Shown one piece after another: positions 41,250 to 53,500 of a stretch of DNA of 64,000 nucleotides. The position numbers and the translations under genes were made by a program. Below the pieces are notes generated by a model. The model saw only the letters and a list, made by a program, of their open reading frames with translations. It did no database searches and was not told the DNA's origin. The DNA is from Gammaproteobacteria bacterium (GTDB lineage: Bacteria > Pseudomonadota > Gammaproteobacteria > SG8-11). The stretch spans positions 8,500 through 72,499 of the forward strand of contig JANLTU010000245.1 of NCBI GenBank assembly GCA_031363085.1. The letters are read 5' to 3'. The stretch's first letter is position 1, and every line of letters begins with the position of its first letter.

Positions 41250-42538
41250 TATTTGTAGACAGCGATCTCGCGCGCCGCAGCGACCAAGGCCAAGCGTGCC
41301 ACCACGCCATAGGCATAAAAGCGATTAACGCGCGCATCCGGTGCTTGAGTGCTGTCCGGTGCATTGCAGGGTTCGGCGAAGGCCAGAGGTTCAAAGTGCA
41401 TACCTGGCGCATTGAGATTTTCGGTGACGCCGCGCCCTTTATGCACGCGATAAAATCCGCCGACCACGAAATGGTCGATCATGTACACCACCGGTTCGGT
41501 CACCGCGCCGTCCCAGGTTTCAAAGGTGTATACGCCTTCTTGCACGATCACTTTTGAAACCGACTGCCCGCCTTTCGACGCCGCCATCTTGGTGCGTTGT
41601 TTGCGGTTGAGCTCAAAAATTTCGTCGGGGCTTTCGACCATCATGACGCTCATGCCGTAGGTGCCGGCGTCGGCTTTCACGACCACAAACGGTTTTCGAT
41701 CCAGCTTGTATTCGTCGTATTTAAGCTGGATTGCCTTAAGTAAGGTGTCGGCGTTGCGCGCCATGCAGTCTTCACCTTCGCGTTTCATGAAGTCGATTTC
41801 GCCGCAGTTGCGAAACAGCGGGTCGACCAGCCATGGATCAATGTCGACCAGCGCTGCAAACTCCGCCGCCACATCGCGGTAGCAATTAAAATGCACCGAC
41901 TTCAGACGCCGCCACCAACCCAGCTCCATTGGTGGCACAATCGGCTGCTCGATATTTTCCAAAATCTCCGGCCGGCCGCTGGACAAATCGTTGTTGAGTA
42001 ACACCACGCACGGTTCGTAATCGCCGACGCTCACTAGTTTGCCGGCGCGCGTGACTGGTTCGAGTACGATATGGCGGCCTGACGGTAAATCGACTTTCAG
42101 CGGCGCGCTCAAGTCGGGCAACAACGAGCCGACGCGAATTTCGTAACCGGCCTTGGCCACGATGTCGACGAAGGTCGCGATGTTATCGAGATAGTGCAGG
42201 TTGCGCGTGTGGTTCTCGGGTACCAGCAAAACTTTTCCGGCGGTGGGACACACGCGCTCAATTGCCGTTTGCACCGCTTGGATACACAAGGTCAGAAACG
42301 CGGGATTGAGATTATTGAAGCCGGCGGGAAATAAATTCGTGTCCACCGGAGCAAGCTTGAAACCGGCGTTGCGTAAATCTACCGAGCAATAAAATGGCGC
42401 GGGTGTGGTGCGCCATTGATCGCGGAACCAGCGCTCAATAGTCGCTTGTTTATCGAGAAAATGGCTCTCCAACTGCAACAGCGGGCCAGTGAGCGCCGTA
42501 GTAAGATGTGGGACTGCGGCGTGTTCGAGTGCAGCCAT
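41249..42538 (-). CDS. gshA: Glutamate-cysteine ligase (Acidithiobacillus/Neisseria-type GshA)
   Basis: VPHLTTALTGPL, SVDLRNAGFKLAPVDTNLFPAGFNNL, KADAGTYGM, NLNAPGM. Confidence 0.93.
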   Translation of the reverse strand: MAALEHAAVPHLTTALTGPLLQLESHFLDKQATIERWFRDQWRTTPAPFYCSVDLRNAGFKLAPVDTNLFPAGFNNLNPAFLTLCIQAVQTAIERVCPTAGKVLLVPENHTRNLHYLDNIATFVDIVAKAGYEIRVGSLLPDLSAPLKVDLPSGRHIVLEPVTRAGKLVSVGDYEPCVVLLNNDLSSGRPEILENIEQPIVPPMELGWWRRLKSVHFNCYRDVAAEFAALVDIDPWLVDPLFRNCGEIDFMKREGEDCMARNADTLLKAIQLKYDEYKLDRKPFVVVKADAGTYGMSVMMVESPDEIFELNRKQRTKMAASKGGQSVSKVIVQEGVYTFETWDGAVTEPVVYMIDHFVVGGFYRVHKGRGVTENLNAPGMHFEPLAFAEPCNAPDSTQAPDARVNRFYAYGVVARLALVAAAREIAVYK

Positions 42539-43011
42539 GATTTAGCTCCTGATCACAACGCGCGTTGCGTGTGCGTGGCGCATTGTGCAACAACACCGAG
42601 CGGCTTTACCATCGCTGCACACGCATGATTCTTCAGGTGATGTGACATCGTGCCGATAACGACGCGATTGGAATGTGCGACGATAGTGTGCTAAAAATTT
42701 AAGTAATACTAAAGATTCGCGCGGAAGATTTTTTTGATTCGTCTTGTTGGGCAGCTCGCGCCGGGAAAGTAACGCAGGTCAAAGTAGAACGGGTCGGCAG
42801 GGAGTGCTAAAAAACGGGGTCCGCTGCTTGCGAAATTTTTACGAGCACCCGATTCGCATTAAATATCTCACCGATTCCTGTCGTTAATGTTGACGAGCGT
42901 ATGCAATGCAGCGCTAATCGCGCTGCCCACCCGTATGCGGCGCGCGCGAAACAGTCGAGTTGTTTACACTATCGGCTTAGTGTCTAACTGATGAGTCGTG
43001 AGGTGCGTTAA

Positions 43012-43407
43012 GTGAGCGAAGCAGCAGAAGGCAGTTTGACCGGCATCAAAGTCATGGTCATCGACGACAGCAAGACCATTCGGCGTACCGCCGAAACCTT
43101 GTTGAAGAAAGAAGGCTGCGAAGTTATTACCGCGACCGACGGTTTCGAGGCGCTGTCGAAAATTACCGACCATCGTCCCGACATTATTTTCATCGACATC
43201 ATGATGCCGCGTCTGGACGGCTATCAAACCTGTGCATTAATTAAGCGCAACAAAAGTTACAAGGAAACCCCGGTAATTTTATTGACCAGCAAAGACGGCT
43301 TGTTCGACCGCGCGCGCGGACGCATCGTCGGCTCGGATCAATACCTTACCAAACCGTTTACGCGCGAAGAGTTGCTCGGCGCGATCAAACAATATGTACG
43401 TAAATGA
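43012..43407 (+). CDS. pilG: Twitching motility response regulator PilG
   Basis: IDDSKTIRRTAETLL, KDGLFDRARGRIVGS. Confidence 0.96.
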   Translation: MSEAAEGSLTGIKVMVIDDSKTIRRTAETLLKKEGCEVITATDGFEALSKITDHRPDIIFIDIMMPRLDGYQTCALIKRNKSYKETPVILLTSKDGLFDRARGRIVGSDQYLTKPFTREELLGAIKQYVRK

Positions 43408-43444
43408 CGCTTCATTAACTCATTTTGCGATGGGAGATTAAGTA

Positions 43445-43810
43445 ATGGCTACAGTGTTAATCGTCGATGACTCACCCACGGAAGTGCACGTGCTCAAAAC
43501 CATGCTGGAGAAAAACGGCTACAGCGTGATTTCTGCAACCAGCGGTGAGCAAGGTATCGCGGTGGCAAAAGAGCGTAAGCCCGACGTGGTGCTGATGGAT
43601 ATTGTCATGCCCGGGCTCAACGGCTTTCAGGCAACGCGCCAGCTCACCACCAATCCGGAAACCGCGCATATTCCGGTGTTGATCGTCACGACCAAAAATC
43701 AAGAAACGGATCGGGTCTGGGGCATGCGCCAAGGCGCGAAGGATTACCTCACCAAACCCGTGAGCGAACAAGAGCTCATCGGTAAAGTAAGAACCGTGCT
43801 CGGTGGCTAA
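43445..43810 (+). CDS. pilH: Twitching motility response regulator PilH
   Basis: VDDSPTE, NGFQATRQL, TDRVWGMRQGA. Confidence 0.96.
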   Translation: MATVLIVDDSPTEVHVLKTMLEKNGYSVISATSGEQGIAVAKERKPDVVLMDIVMPGLNGFQATRQLTTNPETAHIPVLIVTTKNQETDRVWGMRQGAKDYLTKPVSEQELIGKVRTVLGG

Positions 43811-43820
43811 GAGAAAAAAT

Positions 43821-44366
43821 ATGAGTCCGTCCGAGCAGCTCACGCCGTTCGATGTGTTGCGTCAACTCGAAAACGTTTACCAGCAGCGTGCGGCGGGGTT
43901 GCCGCAGCAACGCGCCACCACCAAGCCGTGGACCGGCATCGGGTTTCGCATCGGTGACGTGAACTTGGTGGCGGCGGTCGGCGATGTAAGCGAAATACTT
44001 TACTACCCGCGCTTGGCCGTGGTACCGGGGGCCAAAGGTTGGGTGCGCGGCGTTGCCAATATCCGCGGCACGCTGATGCCGATCATCGATCTCAAACACT
44101 ATTTGGGACAGGCGCCGGTTGATCTCAATGCGCGTTCGCGGGTGTTGATCATTCACTACGAAGAGCTTTGGGCGGGGCTGTTGGTGGATGCCGTGGCCGG
44201 CTTGAAACACTTTCAGCAAGACAACAGTCGTGCGGTCGCCGACGAATTGCACGCGACATTGAAGAATTATCTTGTCGGCGCATATCAGCACCAGAATACC
44301 GATTGGTATGTATTCAGTTTTAAGGATCTGGCCGAAAGTCCGGAGTTCGTACGCATCGCCGCATAA
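43821..44366 (+). CDS. pilI: CheW-like adaptor PilI
   Basis: WTGIGFRIG, VPGAKGWVRGVANIRG; position in the pil-chp cluster. Confidence 0.93.
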   Translation: MSPSEQLTPFDVLRQLENVYQQRAAGLPQQRATTKPWTGIGFRIGDVNLVAAVGDVSEILYYPRLAVVPGAKGWVRGVANIRGTLMPIIDLKHYLGQAPVDLNARSRVLIIHYEELWAGLLVDAVAGLKHFQQDNSRAVADELHATLKNYLVGAYQHQNTDWYVFSFKDLAESPEFVRIAA

Positions 44367-44458
44367 CTTTTAAACAGGCGGAGCGTGCGCGCGAGGAGCT
44401 AAAGATTTTTCCTATTCATCCGTAACCAGCAAGCAATGACCCATCGGGCTAGGGAGCC

Positions 44459-46549
44459 GTGAGCATGAAAAAGATTAAAAACATCAAAATGAAAGACGCG
44501 ATGGCCGCCGGCGGTGACGTTGTGTCACGACTGGTCGAGAACAAGCGGCAGGCGATTGTCGGTGGCGTGTTGCTGCTGCTGATTATCGCGATGGGTGCGA
44601 CCTTCCTGTATGTCGCGATCCAGTCCGGACACGACAAAGAATACATCAGCAAAACCGGTGAGCTGCGCGTATTGTCGCAAAACATCGTGAAAAACGCTGC
44701 CGAAGCTTCTTCGGCGCGTGTGGAAGCCTTCCCGTTGCTGAACGAGTCGCGCAATCATTTCGATACTATTTTAAGCAACCTGCAAACCGGCGACGCCGCG
44801 AAAGGCACACCGGCATCGCCGGCAGAGGTCGCCGCGCAACTGGAATCGCTGGTCGCGCGCTGGGCCGCCTTTCGGCAATACGCCGACCAGATTTTGAAAG
44901 CCGAAGGCGCGATCCGCCAGATCAACGAATTCGTCGCCCACATCAACAACTCCATGCCCAACCTGCTGGCGCTGTCCGACGAAGTCGTGCAGATCATGAT
45001 CGACATCAACGCCAAGCCGCAGCAGGTGTACATCGTCAGCCGCCAGTTGATGCTGTCGCAACGTATGTCGTTCAACGTCAGCAAGATTTTGCAAGGCGGT
45101 CAGGGTGCCGCCACCGCCGCTGATCGTTTCGGTCGTGACGCGGCACTTTTCGGTAAGGTTCTGGATGCCATGATCAAGGGCAACAAAGCCATGGGCATTC
45201 AAAAAATGACTGACCCGGACACCCTGGAAAAACTCCAGGAAGTGAACGAGGCGTATCTGGAAATTAGCGTGCTGGTGACGAAGATTCTGGAAAAGACGCC
45301 CGAGTTGTTCAAGGCGCAAGATGCCGCGAATGCGATGTTCACTAGTTCGGAAGATTTCTTGAAAGACGCCACCGCGCTGATGGGCAGCTACGTATTTTTA
45401 GGTGAAACGCGCGGCATCTACTCCGCCTTGGGCGGTATCTTCGGCGTGTTGTCGCTGGTCATGCTGGTATTCCTGGGCTACGAGCTCAATCGTGAAACCA
45501 CCAAGCGCCTGCGTGAAACCGAGGAACGTACTCGCGAAACCGAGCAGCAAAACAAAGAAAACCAACAGGCTATCATGCGCTTGCTGGATGAAATCGGCGA
45601 TCTGGCCGACGGTGACTTAACCGCCCACGCGACCGTCACCGAGAGTTTCACCGGCGCCATCGCCGACGCTATAAACTTCGCCATCGACGCGCTGCGTCAA
45701 TTGGTCACGACCATTAACGAAACCACGGTGCAGGTGTCGGCGGCCGCGCAAGAAACGCAGGCCACCGCGATGCATCTGGCGGAAGCGTCAGATCATCAGG
45801 CGCAGCAGATCACGGCGGTGTCGGCGGCCGTGAATCAAATGGCGGCGTCCATCGAACAAGTGTCCAACAACGCGATTTCATCCACCGAAGTGGCGCAAAA
45901 AGCCGTATCCATCGCCAACAAAGGCACGTCGGCAGTGCAGAACACCATCAAAGGTATGGACTCGATTCGCGAGACCATTCAAGAGACCTCCAAGCGCATC
46001 AAGCGTCTGGGTGAAAGCTCGCAGGAAATCGGCGACATCATCGAACTGATTTCCGACATCGCCGACCAGACCAACATTCTGGCCTTGAACGCCGCCATTC
46101 AGGCGGCCATGGCCGGCGACGCGGGGCGCGGCTTCGCGGTGGTGGCGGATGAAGTGCAACGCCTCGCGGAACGCGCCACCGATGCGACCAAGCAGATTGA
46201 AAGCTTGGTGCGCACCATTCAATCCGACACCAAAGAAGCGGTGGCGTCGATGGAACAAAGTACGGCGGGCGTGGTAAACGGCGCCAAGCTGGCACAAAAC
46301 GCCGGCGGCTCGCTGGAAGAAATCGAAACCGTGTCGAACCATCTGGCCGAAATCATTCAAAACATCACCGATGCCGCGCAACAGCAGGCGACGGCGGCGA
46401 CCAGCATTTCCGACACGATGAATGTCATTCAGGAAGTCACCACCCAGACCTCGGCCGGTACCAACGAAACGGCGGTGTCGATCGGTAATCTGGCGGAATT
46501 GGCGAATGAGCTGCGCAAGTCGGTTTCCGGCTTCAAGTTGCCTGCATAG
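44459..46549 (+). CDS. pilJ: Methyl-accepting chemotaxis protein PilJ
   Basis: Two TM segments, NQQAIMRLLDE, QTNILALNAAIQA..GRGFAVVADEV; start may be 44465. Confidence 0.95.
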   Translation: MSMKKIKNIKMKDAMAAGGDVVSRLVENKRQAIVGGVLLLLIIAMGATFLYVAIQSGHDKEYISKTGELRVLSQNIVKNAAEASSARVEAFPLLNESRNHFDTILSNLQTGDAAKGTPASPAEVAAQLESLVARWAAFRQYADQILKAEGAIRQINEFVAHINNSMPNLLALSDEVVQIMIDINAKPQQVYIVSRQLMLSQRMSFNVSKILQGGQGAATAADRFGRDAALFGKVLDAMIKGNKAMGIQKMTDPDTLEKLQEVNEAYLEISVLVTKILEKTPELFKAQDAANAMFTSSEDFLKDATALMGSYVFLGETRGIYSALGGIFGVLSLVMLVFLGYELNRETTKRLRETEERTRETEQQNKENQQAIMRLLDEIGDLADGDLTAHATVTESFTGAIADAINFAIDALRQLVTTINETTVQVSAAAQETQATAMHLAEASDHQAQQITAVSAAVNQMAASIEQVSNNAISSTEVAQKAVSIANKGTSAVQNTIKGMDSIRETIQETSKRIKRLGESSQEIGDIIELISDIADQTNILALNAAIQAAMAGDAGRGFAVVADEVQRLAERATDATKQIESLVRTIQSDTKEAVASMEQSTAGVVNGAKLAQNAGGSLEEIETVSNHLAEIIQNITDAAQQQATAATSISDTMNVIQEVTTQTSAGTNETAVSIGNLAELANELRKSVSGFKLPA

Positions 46550-46595
46550 CCCGGTCGCGGTGCGTGGGTGTAACTAACGCAAAAGGTAGCGACGC

Positions 46596-47498
46596 ATGGC
46601 GATCGCGATAGCCCTCATGAGCGCGGTGGCGATTCCGGAAATTATGCAAACCAGCATTGATGACCAAGAATTTGCGCTGTGGACTGAGCTGTTGGGGCGA
46701 CGTATCGGCTTGCGCGATAGCGCCGTGCGTAAAGCGTTTTTGCTGCAATGCATCGAAACACGTGTGCGCAAACGCGGCTTTGCATCGCGGCGCGCCTATT
46801 TCGATTTGTTGCGCGCGCATTCCGGAAATGACGAAGAATGGGACAGCCTGATCGACCTGCTGCCGCTGCATGAAACACGTTTTTTGCGCCATGCCAGTTC
46901 GTTGGCCTTGCTCACCGGCTATATTCAGCAGCGTTGTGCTGCGGAAAAAAAACGCCCCACTACGTTGACTGCCTGGAGTGCAGGTTGCTCCACCGGCGAG
47001 GAAGCGTATTCGTTGGCCATCGTTATGGATCAAGCCCTCGCATCCATCGAGCCGCGTCCGCGCATCAACGTGATCGGCAGCGATCTGAGTCGTAACTCGC
47101 TGAACAAGGCGCGACACGGTAGTTATCAACGGCGCCAACTCACCAATCTGAGCCCGGCTCAGATCGCGCAATATTTTGATCAAGTCGACGGCGAAACCTT
47201 CATCGTTAAAACGACGTTACGTGAACGCACGCAATATCTGTCGATCAATTTGCACGAGCTGGACAGCGGCAACAGCGGTATGGTTGGCCCGGTGGACATT
47301 GTGTATTGCCAGAATGTGTTGATTTATTTCGACAATGCCGAACGTGAACGCATCGTCAATCAGTTGGCCGAGCATGTCGCGCCGGGCGGTGTGCTGGTGC
47401 TGGGCGGCGGCGAGTTGTTGCGCTGGAACCGGCCCGAGTTCAAACGCATCGCAACCGACGACACACTGGCATACAAAAGATTATCGGCACTCATTTAG
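46596..47498 (+). CDS. pilK: CheR-type methyltransferase PilK
   Basis: HETRFLRH, WSAGCSTGEEAYSLA, CQNVLIYF; exact start uncertain. Confidence 0.9.
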   Translation: MAIAIALMSAVAIPEIMQTSIDDQEFALWTELLGRRIGLRDSAVRKAFLLQCIETRVRKRGFASRRAYFDLLRAHSGNDEEWDSLIDLLPLHETRFLRHASSLALLTGYIQQRCAAEKKRPTTLTAWSAGCSTGEEAYSLAIVMDQALASIEPRPRINVIGSDLSRNSLNKARHGSYQRRQLTNLSPAQIAQYFDQVDGETFIVKTTLRERTQYLSINLHELDSGNSGMVGPVDIVYCQNVLIYFDNAERERIVNQLAEHVAPGGVLVLGGGELLRWNRPEFKRIATDDTLAYKRLSALI

Positions 47499-47507
47499 GA
47501 TTCAATT

Positions 47508-50500
47508 ATGGCTTCCGGCAGTGGTATCGACATAAAAGCCCTGAGTTGGGTCAAGACCGAGATTAGCGAGGCGCTGGATCAGGTTCGTCAGGCACTTGAA
47601 ACTCATGTCGAGACTCCAGACCCAGCTAAGCTCGACTTTATCGCTGCGCATTTGCATCAAATTACCGGCACGCTGCACATCGTGGAATTATTCGGCCCGG
47701 CGTTGTTGGCCGAAGAAATGGAGCAGTTGGCGCAGGCTTTAAAAAACATGCAGATCAAACAAAAGCAGGATGCTTTTGAAGTGCTCACGCGCGGCATTCT
47801 GCAATTGCCCGCCTATTTGGAGCATCTAAGTCACGGTCATCAGGACCGACCGGTGCTGTTGCTGGCCTTGCTTAACGATTTACGCGCCGCGCGTGGATTG
47901 CCGTTGCTGTCCGAAAATGCGCTGTTTGCCCCGGATCTAACGGTGCTGCCGCCGCCCAAAACGGCACCGGCCGGCAGCACCGACGTGCGCGCGCTGATCA
48001 AGAAATTGCGCTCGGCGTATCAGGTGGCCTTGGTTGCGGTGATTCGCGGCAATGAGCTGCCCGCGCAAACCAAAAAACTTGCGACCGTGCTCGCCCAACT
48101 TAACGGCGCCTGCCACAGCGCAACCGTGCGCCAGCTCTGGTGGGCCGCGCAAGGTGTGGTGGAGGCGATCATCGAACACGGTCTCGACACCAGTGTTGCA
48201 GTGAAGACCTTGCTTGGTCAGTTGGATCGCCAATTGAAAATACTGGTCGACCAAGGCGAAGCGGCGCTGCAAAAAGCGCCCGCCAAAGAATTAGTCAAGA
48301 ATCTACTGTTCTATGTCGCGCAAGCAACCTCCCACGGCGCGCGCGTTACCGAACTTAAAAGAGCGTTCAAGCTTGATCAATTGATGCCCAACGCCGGCGC
48401 GTTGAGCCAAGCGCAGGACGAGTTGTTGGGCGTTGGCGCCGGCGTGATGGAGCATGTCGCCGCTGCGCTGAAAGAAGACCTGCTGCAGATCAAGGAAACC
48501 GTCGATCTGTTCGTGCGTACCAAGGATCGGCCGCTGTCCGAGTTGGAGCCAGTCATCGCCAAGCTGCGCACGGTCGCCGACACGCTCGGCATGCTTGGCC
48601 TGGGGCGCTTGCGCCAGCCGGTGACCGAGCAAGAAAATGTATTGAAGAGCGTATTGGACGGTAGCCAAGCACTGACGGACGACATCATCATGGGTGTTGC
48701 CGGTGCGCTGTTGTTTGTCGAATCGTCGTTGGGCGACTTGCACGCCGTGCCGCCTGCCGGTGGTACTGAAACCGCCGGCATTGCGTCCGACACCGCCCTG
48801 CCCGACGCCGAGTACCGCAGCTTGGTTGGTTTGACCACGCAAGAAGCCCGTGCGGTACTGGCAAGCGTCAAAGACGCCGTGCTGCAATTCGCCGCGCTAC
48901 CGACCGCATTCGAGCTGTTGCAACCCGCCGCCGAGCACATCAACAACATCAAAGGTGCGTTGCTGATTCTAGGCTATGAACAGGCGGCCGACTTGTTGGG
49001 GCGCACCGGACAGTTTCTCGCCACCGAGCTGCTTGAAAAGCACGCGGAGCTTTCTGCGCGCAGCCTCGACACCCTGGCCGATGTCATCACCGGTTTCGAA
49101 TATTTTCTGGAGTCGGCCGCCGATGATCCGGTGGGTGCGCGTAACGGGTTGAACACGGTACGCGACGGTTTGGCGCTGTTGGGCTACGCAGCCGAACCGG
49201 TGCCCGAAGTTACGGCGCCCGTGCATGACATGGCAATGGCTGCATTCGTCGCGCCGGTTGCAGCAAGCACCGCAACTACGCTGCCTGCGCCCGCAGCGGT
49301 GCAAGCGCACCCTGCCACACCGGCGCCGCAGAGCGACGAGCCGCCGCCGGTCGATCCCGAAGTGCTGGAAATTTTCCTCGAAGAAGCCAGCGAGGAATGC
49401 ATCAACGTGGCAACGCAATTGGCATTGTGGAAAAAGAACCCTGCCGACGAAAACGCACTGCGCACGCTGCGGCGTTCTTTTCATACGGTCAAAGGCAGCG
49501 GCCGGATTGTCGGCGCAATGGAGATTGGCGAATTCGCCTGGGCGGTGGAGAGCATGCTCAACCGCGTGCTCGACCGCACGATTGATGTTACGCCTGCGGT
49601 CTATGTCGTGCTGGAACAGGCGCGGGATTTAATGCCGTTATTGGTCGAGGAGTTGCGTGCCGGTCGCAAGGGCAAGGTCGCAACACATCCGTTGATCGAG
49701 CGCGCGCAGCGTGTCGCCAAGGGCGGATCGCTCGATGAGCTCGCACCGTTACCGGCGCCTGAGCTTGTCAATATCGAAGCCGCCGCAGTGGCGGAGGCGG
49801 CCGAAGATGTCATCTTGGATGCCGACCCCGACCGACCCGCGCCGCGCCACGTCGATGCGGTGCTGGCGGAAATATTCGTCAATGAAACGCGCACCCACCT
49901 CGGCGCAATAAACGCCTTTATCGAGCAGTGCTCTGCGCCCGATGCACACTGCACGCTGAATGAAGATCTGATTCGCGGCCTGCACACCCTGCATGGCAGC
50001 GCGCGCATGGCCAATATCGAAGAAATTGCCGACGTCGCGGACGCACTGGAAAAATGGGCCAAGCTGCTTGCGGAAAATCACGACCCCGTCAGTGCCGATG
50101 TGCTTGCGACCTTACGCAACGGTTGCGATTTCGTAACCGAAGTGTTGCGCGATTTGAGCGATACCCATAACACGCACGCGCGCAAGCTCGCCTTGCTCGA
50201 ACACATTGCCGGGTTGCATCGCATTGCCGCAGAGCAGCAACACGAACGTCTGCAGAATGTCGCGGTGACCCCGCACGAAGCAACTCAGGTTCAAGCCGCG
50301 CTCGATGCCAGTCCCGACGACGAGGTCGATGTCGAGTTGGTGAATGTGTTTTTGCTGGAAGCAACCGACTTGGTCGGTCGCAGCGTTGCCGAGGCGGAAG
50401 TCTGGGTTGAGGTGCCGCAGCGCGATGATTATATCGACGAGATCCGGCGCCGCTTCAGCACCTTGCACGGCGGCGCGCGTATCGCGAATCTGATGCCGAT

Positions 50501-53500
50501 TGCCACGACCTGCGGCGCGGCCAACACACTGCTAAACCAGTTACTGGGCAACCCGGCGCTGCGCCGCGCGGAAGCGGTGCGCCTGATTTTGCGGGTGCTG
50601 GCTTGGGTGAATGAAGCACTGTCGTGCACCCGTGAACAGCGTCCGCTGGCAACGCCGTCGGAGTTGCTTGATCTGCTCGAATCCTACAGCGCCAACGTGC
50701 CGGACACGACGATTTCGGAACCGGAAACCCAGATCCCAGCCACCGACCCCGATGCCGAATTGCGCGGCGTGTTTCTCGACGAGGCGGTGGAGATTCTTCA
50801 TGCGCTCGATGAGGTCATGCCGCGCTGGCATTCCTCATTGCACGACATGGCGATCCTCACCGAAGTGCAACGCGCGTTACACACCATTAAGGGCGGCGCC
50901 AACATGGCGCGCATTGCGCCCATGGGTGACCTGTGTCACCAGGTCGAGACTTTATTACAACGCATCAGCGAGGGGTTGTTACCGGCTAACGGTGCAGCAT
51001 TTGACGCGGTGCAAGCGGCGCACGACTGGTTAGCGCGCAGCGTCGAAATTCTGCGACAGGGCGCAAACGTGGAGCCCAGCGACGCACTGTCGCGCCAAAT
51101 CGATGCCGTGATGGCGGCTCCGGTGCAGGTCGTCGTAGTCGAACCTGAACCTGAGATCGAGTACGAAGCGATGGCCGCCGCCGTGACTGAAGCCACGCCG
51201 CTACCAGACGTTGATGAGCGTCAGGCGATGCCATTGCCGCACCCAGCCGAGCCGGTGCATGCGGAAGTAACCGACAGCGACGGTGACAGCGATCTGCTCG
51301 ATGTATTTTTGGAGGAAGCCAACGAAATTGTCGCGACCATGGACGACCTGATCGCGCGTTGGGTGGCGGATACGAGCAACACCCGGGTGGTTGGCGAACT
51401 ACAACGCGCCCTGCACACCATCAAAGGCGGTGCGCGCATGGCAAAAATTGCGCCCATTGGCAATCTCAGCCACAGCATCGAGAGTATTTTTGAAGGTATT
51501 GCGCAGGGTCGGGTCAAGGCCAATGCCGCACTGATCGATGTGATGCACACTGCCTACGACTGGCTGTCGAGTGCGCTGGAACGGGTGCGTGACAAAGTGA
51601 AGTTGGATTCGGCCGAGCCGCTGATTCAACAAATTGAAGTGGCCGTCGGTTTGCGTGAAGCCGCCCCAAAACCTGTTGAGGAAGTTTGGATGCCGGAGAC
51701 TCCGGTGCTGCCGGAGGCAGTGCGCGTTGTGCCGGCGCCCATGCCCGTCGCGCTGGATGCCGGGCAGCCGGCACAAAAGGCTAAGGTCGCCGAAGAACAG
51801 GTGCGTGTCGCGCTGGGGTTGTTGGACGACCTAGTAAACAACGCCGGTGAAGTGTCGATCTACCGCTCGCGCATCGAGTTGCAACTCAATTCCGTGAACT
51901 TCAACTTGGTCGAGCTGGCGCAAACCGTGAACCGCCTGCGCGAGCAACTGCGCAAATTCGAAATCGAAGCCGAAGCGCAAATGCTGTTCCGCTATGAAAA
52001 ATCCGGCGTCAGCGACCAGGAAGAATTCGATCCGCTCGAACTTGACCGTTTCTCCAACATGCAGCAGCTCTCGCGCAGTCTGGTGGAAAGCGTCGGTGAT
52101 CTGGGCAGCATTCAGAAGCTGCTCGACAACCTGACGCGCGAGTCCGAAATCCTGTTGTTGCAGCAGTCGCGTGTGGCAACTGCGTTGCAAGACGGCTTGA
52201 TGCGCACGCGCTTGGTACAGTTTTCCAGTGTCGTGCCGCGCATGCGCCGCATCGTGCGGCAAACTTCCAAGGAGCTGGGTAAGCAGATCGAGTTACACTT
52301 GTTGGGCGCCGAAGGCGAAATGGATCGCTCGGTGCTGAATCGTTTGACCCCGGCGCTGGAGCACATGCTGCGCAACGCGGTTGACCACGGTATTGAAGGG
52401 CCGCAGCTACGCAAGCAAGCAGGCAAGCCGGAGGACGGAAATATCACGCTCAAATTCTGGCGTGAAGGGGCGGAAATCGTGCTCAGCATTACCGATGACG
52501 GCGCCGGTATGGACTTAGCGGCGATCCGCAGCAAGGCGCTCGAACGCGGTTTGATGGATCAGAATTCCGAGCTCACCGACAATGAGATCACCCAGTTTGT
52601 GCTGGAGGCCGGCTTCTCCACCGCGAAGCAAATCACGCAGATTTCCGGGCGTGGTGTCGGCATGGATGTGGTCAACAACCAGATCAAGCAGCTCAACGGC
52701 ACCTTGCAAATTTCCACCACGCCGCGCCAGGGCACGACATTTATTGTGCGTTTGCCGCTCACGGTATCGGTCAATCAAGCCTTGATGGTGCATGTGGGCG
52801 AGCAAACCTATGCCATTCCGCTTACGGTGATTGACGGCGTGGTGCGCGCCGGTCGTGAGGAGCTGGAAAAACTGCAACGCGATGAACATGTACGCTACGA
52901 GTACGGCGGACACAGCTACAAGTTTTTCCATCTGGGCACGGTGCTCAATATTTCGCAGCCCCAGTTGCCGGACAGCGGGGTAAAGATTCCGTTGATTCTG
53001 GCGCGCGCCGGCGATCATCGCGTGGCGCTGCATGTCGAAGCCATCGTGGCGCGTCAGGAAGTGGTCATAAAGTCGGTCGGCCCGCAGGTCGCGACCGTGA
53101 TCGGAATCTCCGGCGCCACCATCATGAACGACGGCGGCGTCGCGCTGATTCTCGATCTGGCCTCGTTGATTCGCGCTGGCATCGCCCACACCAAGCGCGA
53201 GCATGCACAGGCGCCGCTTGTGGCACGTGTCTCAAGCATCATGATCGTCGACGACTCGATCACCGTGCGCAAGGTCACCGAGCGTTTGATGACGCGCAAC
53301 GGTTTCGAAACCGTCACCGCCAAAGACGGCGTGGATGCCTTGGCCAAATTGCAGGAGTACTTGCCCGACGTCATGCTGCTCGATATCGAAATGCCGCGCA
53401 TGGATGGTTACGAGCTGGCGACCGCCATGCGCAATGACGTGCGTTTGAAGCACATTCCGATCATCATGATCACCTCGCGTACCGGCGACAAACACCGCGA

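Noticed and set aside
42539-43011. Riboswitch or sRNA in the 473-bp gshA-pilG spacer
   Set aside because: No recognisable aptamer motif; divergent promoters explain the length. An Rfam scan would be needed.
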